The notes beneath the pieces were generated by a model. It was not told the origin of the DNA, searched no databases, and saw only the letters and a program-made list of their open reading frames with translations. Positions 14,183 through 27,955 of a stretch of 64,000 nt of DNA are shown one piece after another. The DNA is taken from positions 49,538,001 through 49,602,000 of the forward strand of contig OX597824.1 in assembly GCA_951406725.2 (NCBI GenBank). Direction: 5' to 3'. How positions within the stretch are numbered: the first letter of the stretch is position 1; every line of letters begins with the position of its first letter. The translations under genes were made by a program, and so were the position numbers. Source of the stretch: Octopus vulgaris (lineage: Eukaryota).

Positions 14183-14949
14183 CTTCATTTCATTTAAGTA
14201 TGGTACCAAAAACTCTTTTTTAAACATTTATTACTCCCTGCATTCCATAATTTTTAAACGAAATGTCTTTTTATATTTTTATCTATACTCTATTATATTT
14301 ATATATTTATTTGTCCTTGCATATTGTTAACATTCATATATATTTTTATATTTCTATATCTCTATATTTTGAATGTATTTATATGTTTAAGACAATTCTT
14401 TTTATTAAATCTGTATTTGTATACACCAGTCGTAGTCTGCCTGAGTTGAACTTCTTCCTTGTATCTCTTAAACTTATATAATTACATGTGTGTGTGTGTT
14501 CCCCCTCCAATACTGCTTTACAGCCAGTGTTGGTGTGTTTATGTCCCCATAACTTAGCAGTTCAGCAAAAGAAGCTGATAGAATAAGTACTAGGCTTAGC
14601 AAAAAATTAAGTACTAAGGTCAATTGCTTCAATTAAAAATTCTTCAATGGAGTACCCCAGCATGACCACAGTCTAATGACTGAAACCAGTTAAAGATAAA
14701 AGAAATTATTCCATTTTTGTATGATATGTTTGTTTACAATTAGTGTGTGATATCAAGAAAGGAGACATGAACATATGCACACATGTATATCTCACAAAGC
14801 TTTGGTTGTCCTTTGGTTATTGAAGACACCTACTCAAAATGCTGCATGGTTGCAAAGTGTTTTGCTTAACCACAAAGTCATATCTGTGTACTAGTCATTA
14901 ATTTTAATGTAATATATCTTAGCTCAAAATAAAGTTTATTTCACAAAAT

Positions 14950-15165
14950 ATTGATTTCAAATTTTGGCACAAGGCCAGCAACTTTGGGGGGGGGTAGGTT
15001 AAGTTGGTTATATTGACCCCAGTGTTCAGCTGGTACTTATTTTATTGATTCTTGAAGGATGAAAGGCAAAGTTGGCTTTGGCAGAATTTGAAGTCAGAAC
15101 ATAAACATGGAGGAAATACTGCTAAGCATTTTGCCAGGCATACTAACAATTCTGCTAGCTTGCCT
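14950..15165 (-). mobile_element. SINE family D (Nin-domain-like), degraded
   Basis: Reverse complement of tttgcctttcatcc...aaataagtaccag...ctggggtcaa; compare 52007-52240. Confidence 0.55.
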
Positions 15166-15249
15166 CTTTATTTATTTCACAAAATATTAACCATTAAAAT
15201 CTTCTCATTTTCATCAACAAGAAACAAATTTGTTTTGACTATATAAGAT

Positions 15250-16170
15250 TCTGGGGGTCTTGAACTGATGAAGTCTTTGAAGGCATTTTGAGCTACTGCT
15301 TGTTGAGGGATATTTGCCAGAAGATATGAAGATACTTGAAAAAGTGGTAATCAGTTGGAGAATGCCTCGAGAATAAGTTGGGTGAGATAGTTTTGTAGCC
15401 CAGGATGTTCAATTTCTGCTGAGTCATTTGCAAGAACTGACCTGGCTTATCATGGAGAAGAATTTTTAGTTGACCACTATCGAATAAAATTATTGCAGCC
15501 ATTAGTGTATTTTGATTTCCTGACAACACTTTTCTGCTGTGTTATTTTCACTAAGATTCAAGAAATAATAGTGGAAGATACCACTTGCTGACCACCAAAC
15601 AGTGACCATAACTTCCTCTTGATGTAGCTTTGGTTTGAGAAAGTGTATATTGATATTTCACCTCTGTCTGGCTGCTATGCAGAACACAGTCATTGTAGAG
15701 AATCCATTTTTTGTCACATGTAATGAAATGGAAAACAACTGGGGTGTTTTTGTTGTACAAAAGAAGTGCAGAACAGATGTGGTAATGACAGTTTTTTTTC
15801 TTGCCTCATTCAGCTTATGCAGCATCAATTTTTGAATTTTCATCATCATTTAACTTCCATTTTCCATGCCGGTATGGGTTGGACAGTTTAATGAGAGCTG
15901 CCCAGGCTCCATGTTTGTTTTACCAATGTAATCCAAATATCAAACAACTGTTGAATGATTACCTTTTAAATAGTTTTGTTTGTGTTTTTTTGCTTCATTA
16001 AAGGCCTTTAATTGGTCATTGGTCACAGAAACTCACCCATGACCTTCCTCATCTTCTAAGCTCTAAGTTACTGCTACAAAATGTTTGGAACCAATGTGAA
16101 GTAGTACATTCATCAACAGTTTCCTGGCCAACTGCTTGACTGATACTGTAAGCAGTTTCTGCTGTGCTCA
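15250..16170 (-). pseudogene. Degraded mariner transposase fragment
   Basis: FITCDKKWILYND, LLHDKP and SPTDYHFFKYL motifs split across frames. Confidence 0.7.
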
Positions 16171-17011
16171 AATTCTCTTTTTTTCTGTCTTTAATTTTGT
16201 TGCCTAAAATAAGTAAGGAGAAATAGTGAAAACAAAGGCATTAGCATAAATCAATAGATCAAAGTCTGCACTTCAGAATGTTATATTACAGGAAAAATAG
16301 TTGAGTAAAAATTTATTTCAAAGTAATCATCAAAGTTTAAAATAACAAGTCGCTGTTATGTTGGTACCAACAGCTTTCAGATTTCAATGATGTGATTGTT
16401 TATTTTAGAATGACATTATAGGGTAGGTGTAAGAGGCCTGAGCTGGTCAGTTTGAATATAAAACAAGTAGAATATTTTGGCCAGATCTGGCCAATTTGAA
16501 TACTGAAGGGTTAAAATGGGATGGACATATATTGGATAATGTGATACAAGATACACTGTATTTGGCATTTGGGAAGAAATGCAAATGATGATCACAATCT
16601 GAAGAATTTAAATCATATCTGGATTATCATTGCTGACTAGGAACTAAACAACAATAGTTGAGATTGTTGATTGTGTTTGTAGTTGTTTTATTCAATTTTT
16701 AAAAGAAATATATTTTCACCAGGTTGATTTTTTTTTTTCCATCTATTTTTGAGGATAATTTAATGAATAAATTGATTCAACTAAATTTCTTAAACTAGGG
16801 AAATGAGGGAGAAATTTCAGCACAGGTAAAAATGTGATTCTTGAAAATTAATAGAGCAGTTATTGTTCTAATGTTGTACTTGTGAGCTTTAGGTTGTTAT
16901 GTATGTGATCTGTTGTAGATTATGTAGCCTTGTCATTTTTGCTCTTTGCAGTTGAATATTTTATTCTCAGTATTGAATTAACACTTCTTTCTGGTTTTCT
17001 GTTTTTCAAAG

Positions 17012-17106
17012 AATATGCCTTTAAAGCCATTAATCAAGGAGGACTTACATCCGTTGCTATCAAGGGAAAAGACTCAGCAGTTGTAGTTACTCAGAAAAAG
17101 GTTCCT
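17012..17106 (+). CDS. PSMA6: PSMA6 exon 2
   Basis: [31 protein letters not shown]; aag| acceptor, |gtaagt donor; 95 nt. Confidence 0.96.
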
Positions 17107-18414
17107 GTAAGTATGAAAAAAATCTATAAGCAGTATTTTATTTTGAAATTTGTTAAAAATGTTGAAATTCATCAAAAATAAATTACGAGAAATTATAGCT
17201 TAATTTTCTTAGCTAGAATTTTGACAAAACTTACTGGGGAATTTGATTGAAATCGATTTCTCAATGGTAAGTAACTGAAGAATGATGTCTGTCAAAATAT
17301 AATTATTGTTACTGTGAGATTTGACTTGTCACTAAGATAACCCAATATTTTTCAGTCATTTTTTTCCCTTTGACATTCACTTGTAGTTTATGTATAGGTA
17401 AGTTGTCTTGTACCAGTAGAGTTTGTGAGTTGTTCACAGTTAAGGGATGAGTGTAATCTGGTTTAAGAGCATAATGGTTTGAACAAATCACTTGTTCGTG
17501 AAAGTTCCTGGCCACTTGGTTAAGGTGTTTGGTCCATGATTATCAGTGTTATTGCTTCAGTTCCTGGGTTGGATAGTACATTGTGCTTTTAAGCAAGCAT
17601 CTTTATTTTATGCTGTTGTAGATCTTTCTCTCTCCAGTTGTCATATCCTGGATATGTCACTAAGTCAAAGGCTTGGAGATGTGGGAGAGTGTCTGTGTCT
17701 GCTCACAGTTACACAGGTAATCTAAAACAATTAGCAAAAGCATGGTACATGTTACCAGGCCATACTCATTCACAGGTGATGGCTGGCTTTAAATAAGAGA
17801 GTGACTATATTTATGTCAGATTAATTAGCTGACTGTAGGGGTAGCTCGCCTTATTTTGTAGTAGATGGGTTGTTACTGAAAAGCTCAAGCTGTAAATTAA
17901 CTGATTTAATAATTTCTGTAATTTTTTTAATAACATTCCCAAAATTTCATTTTTATGGCCAGAAAAGACTTCTGTATTGTCCAATTACAAAGGCTCAAGT
18001 ATTAAATTGAAATATTACTGACATATCAGTGTTGTCACTGCTCACAAACATCTATTTCACTAATAACCAAAGACTGTCAAGATGCTATGACCATAGCTTC
18101 CAGTTGTTTCTTTCTGCCGCTTCTGCTAAGAAAATAACCTCTGCTCATTTGAACTTGCAAGTTATTTGCAAACCCACTTTATTCATCCATCTCTCCTTGT
18201 TACCATTATTGTGTCTCATACTCAGATCCTGCACTAAATACATTGTCTGCTCATTCTATCCCAGAACAGCAATGCTTTGAAATTGCTCCTGTTTTACATG
18301 CAGTTCTCATTAATTTGAAGTTCAAATTGGACATCAACCACATGAAACTTTTAAAGATCTCAGCTTGTAAACTTCTGTTTTATAGCTAAGATATGTGTTA
18401 ATTACTGAGTTTAA

Positions 18415-20949
18415 CTCTTTAGTGTTCAGATTAATTTGTCAAATGTAATGCTTATCTGTTCACATAAATTTTGATTTATTCAGGTTCAAGTAGGGTGTCC
18501 ACAATATTTCATTGTAACTTTGTTAATTTTCTACATACAGATTTGAAATTTTGTAAATGGATGCTTATATGCCAGTGGTTTATAGTTACGTAATTTTAGC
18601 TGATCTTTCTGATTAATTTTGGCTTTTATGGGCCAGTAAATTTAATTAACAGGTGTAAAAGCAATAACATTATGAATAAACACTAAAATTCCTATTCTTA
18701 ATACATATTACCTATTTGATCTGTTACTAAAATTATCCCAGATGTCAACCACCAACAATTTTACATTTTTCAAGATGAGATACATTAATTAGAATTAATT
18801 AAAATACAGGTGTAATTGGTACAAGATTTTACTCTTTTTCTATATTTCGTTCAAATGTCTTCATTGAAAAGAAAGTACAAAACTCTTTTACTAGTCAGTA
18901 TACCATTGGCTATGTACTCTTATAGAATTTAACAAATTCATTTACATTACAGAATGCATCTAATAAAAAAAATCTCATTAATAGGAGACCTATTATTTTA
19001 ATTAATACCAATTGATGTACCTCATTTTGAAAAATGTAAAATTGTTGGTGGTTGACATCTGGGATAATTTTAGGTGAATACAAGTGTGTAACATACTGAA
19101 AATTAATATTTATCTCTCACTTTCACATATTATTTATAATAAAACGAAAAGGAATATACAAAATAATATAGTTATTTCTGTTATGAAACTGCCCAAAGCA
19201 CCCTTTGCAGTTTTTCTATTTTGCAGCAAACACAGTCTGCTAACTTTTTTTCTTCCATTTATCTTTTCGACTTTATGAAAGTCAATATTTTCTTTGTTGA
19301 CATCCACCTCAGTTAATTTTGCTTTTCTCCCAGTTCTGTGTTTTCTAGAAGAAAAGCCCTTGCATAACTGAGATGCGATGTCAACCCGAAATTGAAAATG
19401 GTTGTTGTCCTTTAGTGGTAGAGGTACCTTGTGGCTTTTTACATATACAATGTATGAATTTACAATAGTTAAATTAACTAAAAACCACAAAATGTACCTC
19501 CACCATTTCTTCCTAGGTTGACCTACTGGATAATATGCCTGATATTGGTCAGATTTATCAACCCCACCCATATATTTGTTATAATAAATATTCACTAGGG
19601 GTTTCCCCTCAGTGCCAACACCAGGTTGTTTATTAGAAGACAGAAATAAAATCTGTCTTTTGTCTTTGAAAGCAGTAGCTAATAAATTTTTCTCTTTGCA
19701 TTTGTAAAATGTCCCCTCTTTTTTTAAATTTTGTTTTTATTTCACAAGGTAAACCTTTACAGTTTCCCATAACAGTACTGGACATGTAAATACTTACATG
19801 GGCAAGGTTTTCTGCCAAAGCCACTGCAGAAAAAAAAACGGTCAAAATAGACGTGTCGGTGCTGATGGTGAAATGGTTCAGTAAGATACCATACAACATC
19901 ATGTCCCAATCCATGTGGTCTGTTTCCATTATATTTTTTACCTGTGTAAATATCGAAGTATACACAATATCCAGTCTCCGATTCACAAACTTCCCATACC
20001 TTGATCCCCCATTTAGTAGGTTTGGCTGGCATGTACTGCCGAAAATGTACTCTGCCCTTATAGCCTATCATGGCTTCATCTACACTGAGATTTTTTTCCC
20101 AGGCAGATACACAGTTTTATAATTATTAACAAGTAAATCAATTACAGGATGTACTTTCTACAGGGAGTCGTAGTTTGGGTTGTTTTTGTTGGGGACATTA
20201 GCAGAATCAGTTAAATGTAAATACTGATATATTTTTCGAATACCTCATCTTCGACATTATACTTGAGATATGTGGACTCCAGTAGTTCCACAGTCAAACA
20301 TAATATTAATTGTGAAAAACGCTCTCATTTCCGCAGTATAAGTTGGCTGCCATAATGGATCGTTTCTTCCGCGAATAGAAATTGAACATTGCGCATATTT
20401 GTTTCTTCCGCAACATTTTCAAACAAAGCTTTCTCGTAAAAATAAAAATAGATAGTCCAATGGTTGAGCATCAGGGGATAAATTGTGTTGTGGATCAGTG
20501 TTGCCATGTTTTACAGTATCATTTCCATCACTTTCATTTTTATGACTTTTCTTCTCAAAATCTTCCCTGTTTGACAAATATTTACAAATATCAATATCAG
20601 ATTTATCTGATGACAAAATACTCTTGTTTTCGTTTATATTTTCTATATTGTCAAGAGTAAAACCTTCAAAGTCAGAATCGTTACTTGCTGACGCCATTTC
20701 TTTAAAAACTAAGGTACAGACTTCTCTTCAAATGTTGAAAAAGCCATGTGGTCTAAACAATTTCACAGTATTTATACTTGAATAAAGGCAGGAAAGGCTT
20801 CATCTCGCATTATCTCAAAGCTATGATAATTCAATAACATGGTTTGTTTATTTTTTTAGCGATTTCGTGGAGCAGTCAGATATGGCCGGCTTGAACAAAT
20901 AAAGGGGAATTAATTTTGGCCGAGTACAGCTGGTTTGAACACTAAAGAG
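18415..20949 (-). mobile_element. piggyBac transposon with decayed transposase (19134-20697) in PSMA6 intron 2
   Basis: TTAA at 18411-14 and 20950-53; 14-bp TIR ctctttagtgttca; motifs MIGYKGRVHFRQYMPAKPTKWGIK, YFDRFF and YNKYMGGVDKSDQ..KKWW; several frameshifts. Confidence 0.9.
18727..19073. repeat. ~60-bp inverted repeat pair nested inside the piggyBac
   Basis: ctaaaattatcccagatgtcaaccaccaacaattttacattttt and its reverse complement at ~19030-19073. Confidence 0.7.
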
Positions 20950-20954
20950 TTAAA

Positions 20955-21168
20955 CCCTTTAGCATTTAAACTGACCATATCCAGCCCTAATATTCTACGT
21001 TTTAAGCCCATAGATCTAGCCTCTCATACCTACTCTGCAATGTGTTTTTAAAAATAAGCAATCACATCTTCAAAATCTCAAAACTACAAGATAATACATG
21101 ATTAGTTTTTTTTTTTAAATGAAATAAATAATCATTGCATTTGACAGAGTAAGCTGAATGTTAAAGGG
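20955..21168. mobile_element. piggyBac-derived MITE abutting the parent-type element
   Basis: Ends ccctttagcatt / aatgttaaaggg; internal sequence resembles the ends of 18415-20949. Confidence 0.7.
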
Positions 21169-21235
21169 TTTATTATTATTATTAAAAAGAGAATTTCTTG
21201 GAAGTAAATTGCTTTTTTTTTTTTTTTTTTCTTAG

Positions 21236-21317
21236 GACAAGTTATTGGACCCTTCCACTGTAACACATATCTACCAAATAACTGATCACATTGGATGTGT
21301 GATGACTGGTATGACAG
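21236..21317 (+). CDS. PSMA6: PSMA6 exon 3
   Basis: DKLLDPSTVTHIYQITDHIGCVMTGMT; polyT-cttag acceptor, gttagt donor; 82 nt. Confidence 0.96.
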
Positions 21318-21691
21318 GTTAGTGAGACTTTTGCTTATCAGTTTACCTGTTAATTACAATAGTTTGTCTACTGTCATATTGAATATGATTTTTTTAACTT
21401 CTGGTGCTACTGTATAAGTTGTCCTACACTTTGAACCGTCTTGCTGTACACCACCGCCATCCTTATTGTTTTTTTACACCTGCTTTTCTTCCATGGTAGC
21501 ATCAGTTGGATGAGACTTCCTGAGATAGCATTCTGCAGTTGGATGCCCTTCCTGGTGCCAAGCCTTACTTGCCTAGCTGCAGGATATAGACAAATGTCAC
21601 TAATACTCAAATGGTGTCAATACAATGACACACAGGGTCACATGCATGCATGCACACACACACACACACACAATAACAACTTTTCCATGCT

Positions 21692-22252
21692 TGATATGCA
21701 TATAATAGTAATAATGGTACACCTCTCCCATGTGACGAATGGTATGCACTAGTCATTATAAATACTGTCAGTGTTGGTAGGAGGGAGTACGAAGTAAACA
21801 TTCATCGATAGTCACGTCTTGTCTAACTAACTATACTGCTATACTGGAGTGAGCATTATAACACTCCATTTCCACACAAAACACGTTTGAGATGAAAGGA
21901 TTGCAACAGTGGTGGTGATGAATTAACAAAGTCACAAGGAGTTACAGAAATCACAAAGTTTCTTATGCGAATTTTATAGTATACCAAACCATAAAATTAT
22001 GGAAAAATTGTTGGCTGGTTTGCTCAAGTTGCAATTGAAAGAAATAAAATTACACTACCTAAGAAAAACTTAAAATTGGAGATGTTATGGGGATAATAGT
22101 AATAGTGGTACATCCCTCCCACATGACAAGTGGTATGTAATAGTCATTATAAATACTGTCAGTCATAGATAGTTGTGTCTTTACTTGTCTAACTAACTAT
22201 ACTGCTATACTGGAGTGGGCGTTATAACAGTCCAGATGAAAGGATTACAACA
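21692..22252 (+). mobile_element. TRIM-like miniature LTR element
   Basis: Direct repeats 21692-21908 and 22083-22252, each TG...CA; TGG just after the first repeat and a short purine-rich run before the second. Confidence 0.5.
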
Positions 22253-23703
22253 TTTGCATGAGTCGTATGAAATTCGTTGAAGCAGATTTTCTGTGGTTGG
22301 TTGCTCTTCCTCTTGCCAACCCTTACTCTTACCTGTTTCCAATTAAGATAACATTTCCTCTAGTCCTTTAAACACAAATAACAATGGCTGGGTATGTTTT
22401 CACAGAATATTGCTTTAATTTTTACTGAAGGTTATATTATATGGTGGGATGAGGTGTGTATAACTACAGAGACTCTAGAGCTGAATAGTTAAGTGGTTGA
22501 ACCCTTTGCCTCCTTCCACCCATGTTTACCACTCACTGCATTCTCCCCCTTTTCCTCCTCTTTATCTCCCACTCTCCCTTCTCACTCTTGTGAACTTCCT
22601 GTCCACTCGGCCTGTCTGTTTTGTGTATCACTTATATTCTTCCCTACTATCTGCTTTATCTCCTCTACAGTAAGATTCCTGTTCCTCTATTATTCCTTAA
22701 CTTCTCAACTGGCATAAACCCACCTCCCTCAGTACTACTACTCCCCTTCTTATTTGAAAGGTCTTTGTGGTGCAAGTTACTTGGTGACCTCACTGGTGTT
22801 AGTGCCTCATAAAAAGCATCCACTGCACTCTGTAAAGTGGTTGGTGTCAGGAAGGGCATCCAGCTATAGAAACTGTGGCAAAGTAGACAGTAGAGCTAGG
22901 TACAGTTGTCTAGCTCACCAGTTCCTGTCAAACCATCCAACCCATGTCAGCATGGAAAATAAACATTGTCTCCAAGATCTTCTCCAAGACGTAGTCCACC
23001 TCAATAGAAAATCAGTCTCTCAAATCTCAATACAAAGATCTGTGATGTATAAATGGAAGTCTCTCTTTGACTGTAACGAAATACATAATACAGTACATTG
23101 TAAATTTACAAAAAAAAAAAAAAAGACATATTTGAGAGATGGAAAAAATAAAATGAAGATGACAAAGGAATCTTTGTGTGACCAGTACTAGAAATATTGG
23201 CTTAATTCTCTCTCAGGTTAAACTATACCACCTTAAAAAAAAGAGTGGACACATTGGATAATGTAATCTTGGATATACTATATCTAAATAAAAGTCTGGA
23301 TGCTCATAGCTGAAATGCTTGTGTTTATAGGTTTTCTCAATGAGATATGGGGTTAAACAACAATAAAAATAAATCAAAAGTTTTTAATCAATACTTACTT
23401 ATTTTAGCTAGTATGTCTATTCTGAGCATAGTTGGCTATAACACTTAGTGTTGACAGTTTTCTTCCCCAGATAAGGATGAATATTCTAATATAGGATTGG
23501 TGATTAATCCTTTAACATGAGTAAATGAAATCTAAGCCAGACTTGCTGAAAAAATCTACTGCCTATTGTTGTTTTATTCTTTGATACTGTAGGGGCATAT
23601 TATCATTAAATTTGAAAAAATTGTGTGGTTTTTTTTTCTTTTTAAACTGTTTTGACCTTTTTTTATTTTATTCATTGTTTTCCTTGTACTAATATCATTA
23701 CAG

Positions 23704-23859
23704 CTGACAGCCGTTCTCAGGTTCAGCGAGCACGTTATGAAGCTGCAAAATGGATGCACACATACGGGTATGAAATACCTGTGGATATGCTATGCAAACG
23801 TTTAGCCGATATTTCCCAGGTTTATACACAGAGTGCAGAAATGAGACCACTTGGTTGCT
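23704..23859 (+). CDS. PSMA6: PSMA6 exon 4
   Basis: [51 protein letters not shown]; 156 nt; cag|...|gtatgt. Confidence 0.96.
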
Positions 23860-23950
23860 GTATGTAGATTGTTTTTCTGTTTTTCAGTTGTAACAACTGT
23901 TATTTCCATTATTTTCTTTAGATCAACTGAGGAATTGCCCATTTTTTTTT

Positions 23951-24382
23951 GGCAGAATTCTGCTTTAAGCACCTCTTATAAACCTGCATAACCTATTCAT
24001 TTTGGGGATTTTTTTCAGATTTGCTTTTTTGTTTGAAATTTTTTGCAGATTTGTTTTCTACACATGGGAATTCATACAATTATGCAAAAAAAAAAAATTA
24101 GGTGTGTGATTTAAGTGTTATTTAGCTTTTATTTGTAGCACATTTCATGATCACCTCATATCCTCTTCATTTGTTTGTAACTGATGTATTGATGGTTTTC
24201 AATATTTCTCTCCCCATAAACACATTTAAACTGATTTTTAAAAAATAAATTTCAAAAACTTTTTCACATATTTCTTTTGTAGTCGTATGAATCCCCATGT
24301 ATAGAATATAAATTTTCTGAAAATTCCAATAACTGAAAAAGTTATGAGGGATTATATGGCATGCTTAAAGCAGAATTCTGCC
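23951..24382. mobile_element. MITE with perfect 21-bp TIRs
   Basis: ggcagaattctgctttaagca / tgcttaaagcagaattctgcc; superfamily not determined. Confidence 0.75.
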
Positions 24383-24736
24383 TTCTCCATTTTAATACAT
24401 CTTGGTTAGTTTTTGTTGAAGCACTTGCTTTTGTAGGCAATTTGAAACAGGTAAATTTATTTATCTAATCTTTAAGTATGTTATTGTAGATATGGTATGG
24501 TTTAAATTCATGAATGTAAGAATTAGTGGAATATAGGACAGTAAAACATTCATATTTAGTTGTCATTTTACATTCTTTATTGAAATTCCACCCAGGACAA
24601 CTTTGAATTTCAACGTTCCAAGTCAATAAAATAAATACCAATTAAGTAATGGGGTTTATATACTCAACTGTATCTTTCAAGGTGCCAGCATTGTTACAGT
24701 CTAATAAATGAAAGCAGTGAAAAAATAATCTGCTCC

Positions 24737-24926
24737 TTAACCCTTTAGCATTTAAACCTACCTTTTTTTCATTTATACTGGCTAAATCTGGCCTCTTATA
24801 TCTATCCTACAATAACATTCTGAAAATAAATGATTACATTGTCGAAATCTTGAAGCTATGAGATAATGCATGATAAATTCAAAACAATGCGAATAAATAA
24901 GAATAATCTGAATGCTAAAGGGTTAA
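24737..24926. mobile_element. piggyBac-derived MITE
   Basis: TTAA-ccctttagcatt ... aatgctaaaggg-TTAA. Confidence 0.8.
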
Positions 24927-25109
24927 ATGTACAGCTGTTATACTTCATTGTCAAGGCTATCCTTAGTTATATTTATGAACTTTTAGATTTTTCTCCAGGA
25001 TTCTTTTGTTTAAGCTGCATAGTTTTCCATCATTTGGAAAATGTGTAAATTCAACTAAAGAATTATGTTAACTGTTCCTTAAACATGGTGAAATTTCTGT
25101 ATTTCCTAG

Positions 25110-25288
25110 GTATCATCCTGATTGGCATTGATGATGAGAAAGGCCCTCAAGTGTACAAAACTGACCCAGCAGGTTATTATTCAGGTTACAAAGCTACTGC
25201 AGCTGGAGTTAAACAGTTGGAAGCTAATAATTACCTTGAGAAAAAAGTTAAAAAGAAGCAGGACTTCACAAAATCAGAAGCTGTAGAG
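25110..25288 (+). CDS. PSMA6: PSMA6 exon 5
   Basis: [59 protein letters not shown]; 179 nt. Confidence 0.96.
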
Positions 25289-25700
25289 GTAATAGTTATG
25301 TTATGTGTAACTATGTTGACATTGGGAACATTATCTTGTATCATCTATGCATATTTGTAATTAAAGTAAATAATATGTGGGCATGCAGACGTTTCCATGT
25401 TGGTATGGATATAATACAACAGAAATTAATATTAAATCTGATAAAAACTGTACAAAATAATCCAGTTACTAATTATGTATTTCATCTATAAAATGTTGGT
25501 AGATCCCAAATATCTTTTATCTTTCTCCTGCTTTTCCATTAGATTGTGGGCAACATCTGTCTACTTTTTAACTGAGGGTGATGTTTTAGCATTTTTGCAC
25601 AAGAAACTAAACACTTCTGTTTTCTTTTTGTAAAAATATTTCTGTGGAAATAAGTATATATGAATGTGTGTGTTTATATGATATATTTTCCTTTTGCTAG

Positions 25701-25795
25701 GTGGCTATTTCCTGTTTATCGACAATTCTTTCTGCCGACTTTAAACCTACAGAGATTGAAGTTGGTCTTGTTACTGTAGATAATCCAAAATTCAG
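25701..25795 (+). CDS. PSMA6: PSMA6 exon 6
   Basis: [31 protein letters not shown]; 95 nt; tag|...|gtaat. Confidence 0.96.
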
Positions 25796-27773
25796 GTAAT
25801 AATTCATTATTGTACTGAATAGATTCTAAATTTTACAAAAATAGCCATGCCATGGTCTAAAAAATTATATAAAAGTAATTATAAAACTCTTAATTTTTTA
25901 AATTTAAATTTTTAGAGAATGTTTGTTGCTGAAGATGTTAGTGATTTGTATACCTTCAGTTAGTCTCTTTTAAATATAGCTACAGCAAAGAATTGTGCAC
26001 ACAATTATAAATGGTTGACATACATGTCTGGAATTACAAAATTTTTACTTTTTTTTTTCTTTGGTTAATAAGAGTTATTTTCTTTTCGCTTCTATGTAGA
26101 AATCAAAGGAAATGACTACTTATTCCCTTCAAACTTTGCTTTTGTGACATGGATATCAATGTTTTGAATCTCTTACCTATTTGCCAGAACATTTCAGACA
26201 GATTCAGTGTTTAATTGCTGAAGCAGAAATATTGTAATAGCAAATATTCTGCTCAGTGCCATAGATTTGCTGGTCAGTTGCTTGACCGTAACTGCTTGAG
26301 CATGTCTCTTTGTGACTGACAATATGTGCACCTCTGATGATGAACAAGAGTAGTGTGCGGGATATCATAGCCATGTTTTGAGAGGGATTGTTTGGGATTT
26401 GAATAAATTTAACAAAAAGCAAAAGTTTGAAGGAAATATTAGGCATTTTTCATACTTTTAGGAAATAACAGTTGCTACCCAAGGACAAAAATCATGTTAC
26501 AGTGTTATTTGTTCTTAAACTAAATCAGCCTTAAAAGACAGAATTCTGATCCAAGGCACTCCATCGTTATTTTTTTAAGACATTTTATGTGTCCAGTCAT
26601 TTTTAAATAGGATTCTTTACTCTTACAGACTACAAGCTAACCTTGCTAGCATTGATGCTGCAGAATAAATGAACCCAGTTCACATGCAGATACTGACATT
26701 CTACAGTATTGCTTGTCACTGCCTGAGTGATGATATGGTGATATGATATTTACATCCCTTGTTGACACTATTACCACTTACTCTAGGCTTATGAAAACCT
26801 GTAAGCAAAAATGAAAATCCCCTTATTTGAAAAACAGATATGGGTTTGCAACAGGAAGTGCATCTAGCTGTAAAATTCTGCTTCAAATAAGTCGCCATCC
26901 AACCCATGTTAATATGGAAAAACAGATGTTAAATGAACGCCCATCTACCAATTTCACTAATTCTTAAGTAGAAAATCCTTATCCTCAGTGCTATGCAGTG
27001 AGAATGACTCTGAAAGCACATGGCTGCAAAGCAAACTTATAAACAAGACTGTGCTTACACATATTTTTGTGATATATATGGGCATAGCTGTGATTAAGAA
27101 GTTTTCTTTGCAACCATGTACTTTTGCATTCAGTCCAACTCTGCAGCACATTAGGCAAGTGTCTTCTGTTAGAGCCTGAGGCCAACTAAAGCTTTGTAAA
27201 TGAATTTGGTAGATAGAAACTGAAAAGAAGCTTGTTGTATGTGCATCTTGTTTTGACAGTGTGTATTAATAGTAAACAAACATCACCATTATACAAGTGA
27301 TGACATTGCAGTCTTCTGTGAAAACGTAGCTTATTTGATAGTGGGTGTCAGTGACATGAAGAGTATTTGGCCTGGGAAAATCTGCATCAGCGAATCTTGT
27401 ATGACACAGGCAAGCTTAGGAAAGGCAGGTGTTAAAATAATGGTTTTATATATATCATAATTATTAACAAGAAACTTTCTGGATGGCAGTGTTCTGCCAG
27501 TAGTCACAAATGTTTCATCAGGCATTTCAACCTTTCCCTGATCATATTCCTATGGACATACAATTCTTTTGTCTTTCTGTTAATTTCAAATGAAATTGAG
27601 AATAACTTTTATGTTATGAGACACAACTTAACAAAAGGTTATTACATTATGATGGAAGATTGTAATTTAATCGGGTTAGTTGTTTCATTTTATTGAAATG
27701 GTCTGTTACAGGTGTAGCACTCTCTCATATAATGATTTGTTCTTACCTCTTTCTTTTTCTTTTTTTTTTGTAG

Positions 27774-27831
27774 AACATTAAAAGAATCTGAGATAGAAGC
27801 CCACCTTGTTGCCATAGCAGAGAAAGACTGA
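27774..27831 (+). CDS. PSMA6: PSMA6 exon 7 (terminal)
   Basis: (R)TLKESEIEAHLVAIAEKD-TGA; the exons sum to 741 nt = 246 aa. Confidence 0.96.
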
Positions 27832-27871
27832 TTGAAAGAAACACTGAAACTGTAATAATCCATTTTGTTCA

Positions 27872-27955
27872 AATAAACTTCATTCTCACTAAGATTTCTT
27901 GAATATAATAATTTCGTGCCAGTCATTAAATCTTTTAAGTTTGGTTGTAAATAAA
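27872..27955 (+). terminator. Candidate PSMA6 polyadenylation signals
   Basis: AATAAA at 27872-27877 and 27950-27955. Confidence 0.45.

Larger units (their letters stand above)
11618..14475 (+). mobile_element. Penelope-like retroelement (Naiad-type), decayed RT + GIY-YIG endonuclease, inverted pseudo-LTRs
   Basis: Fragments FVQFDI, FDITVGSSDSAQVTDLVGLYLL, LYRDD, NFLDVTLNL, SSNHPK, RKRQIIWFHP, CDCRDPELCPLAGLC, VIY..VYIGST and CRLC...CNH. 11618-11973 is an inverted copy of 14025-14475. Confidence 0.85.
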
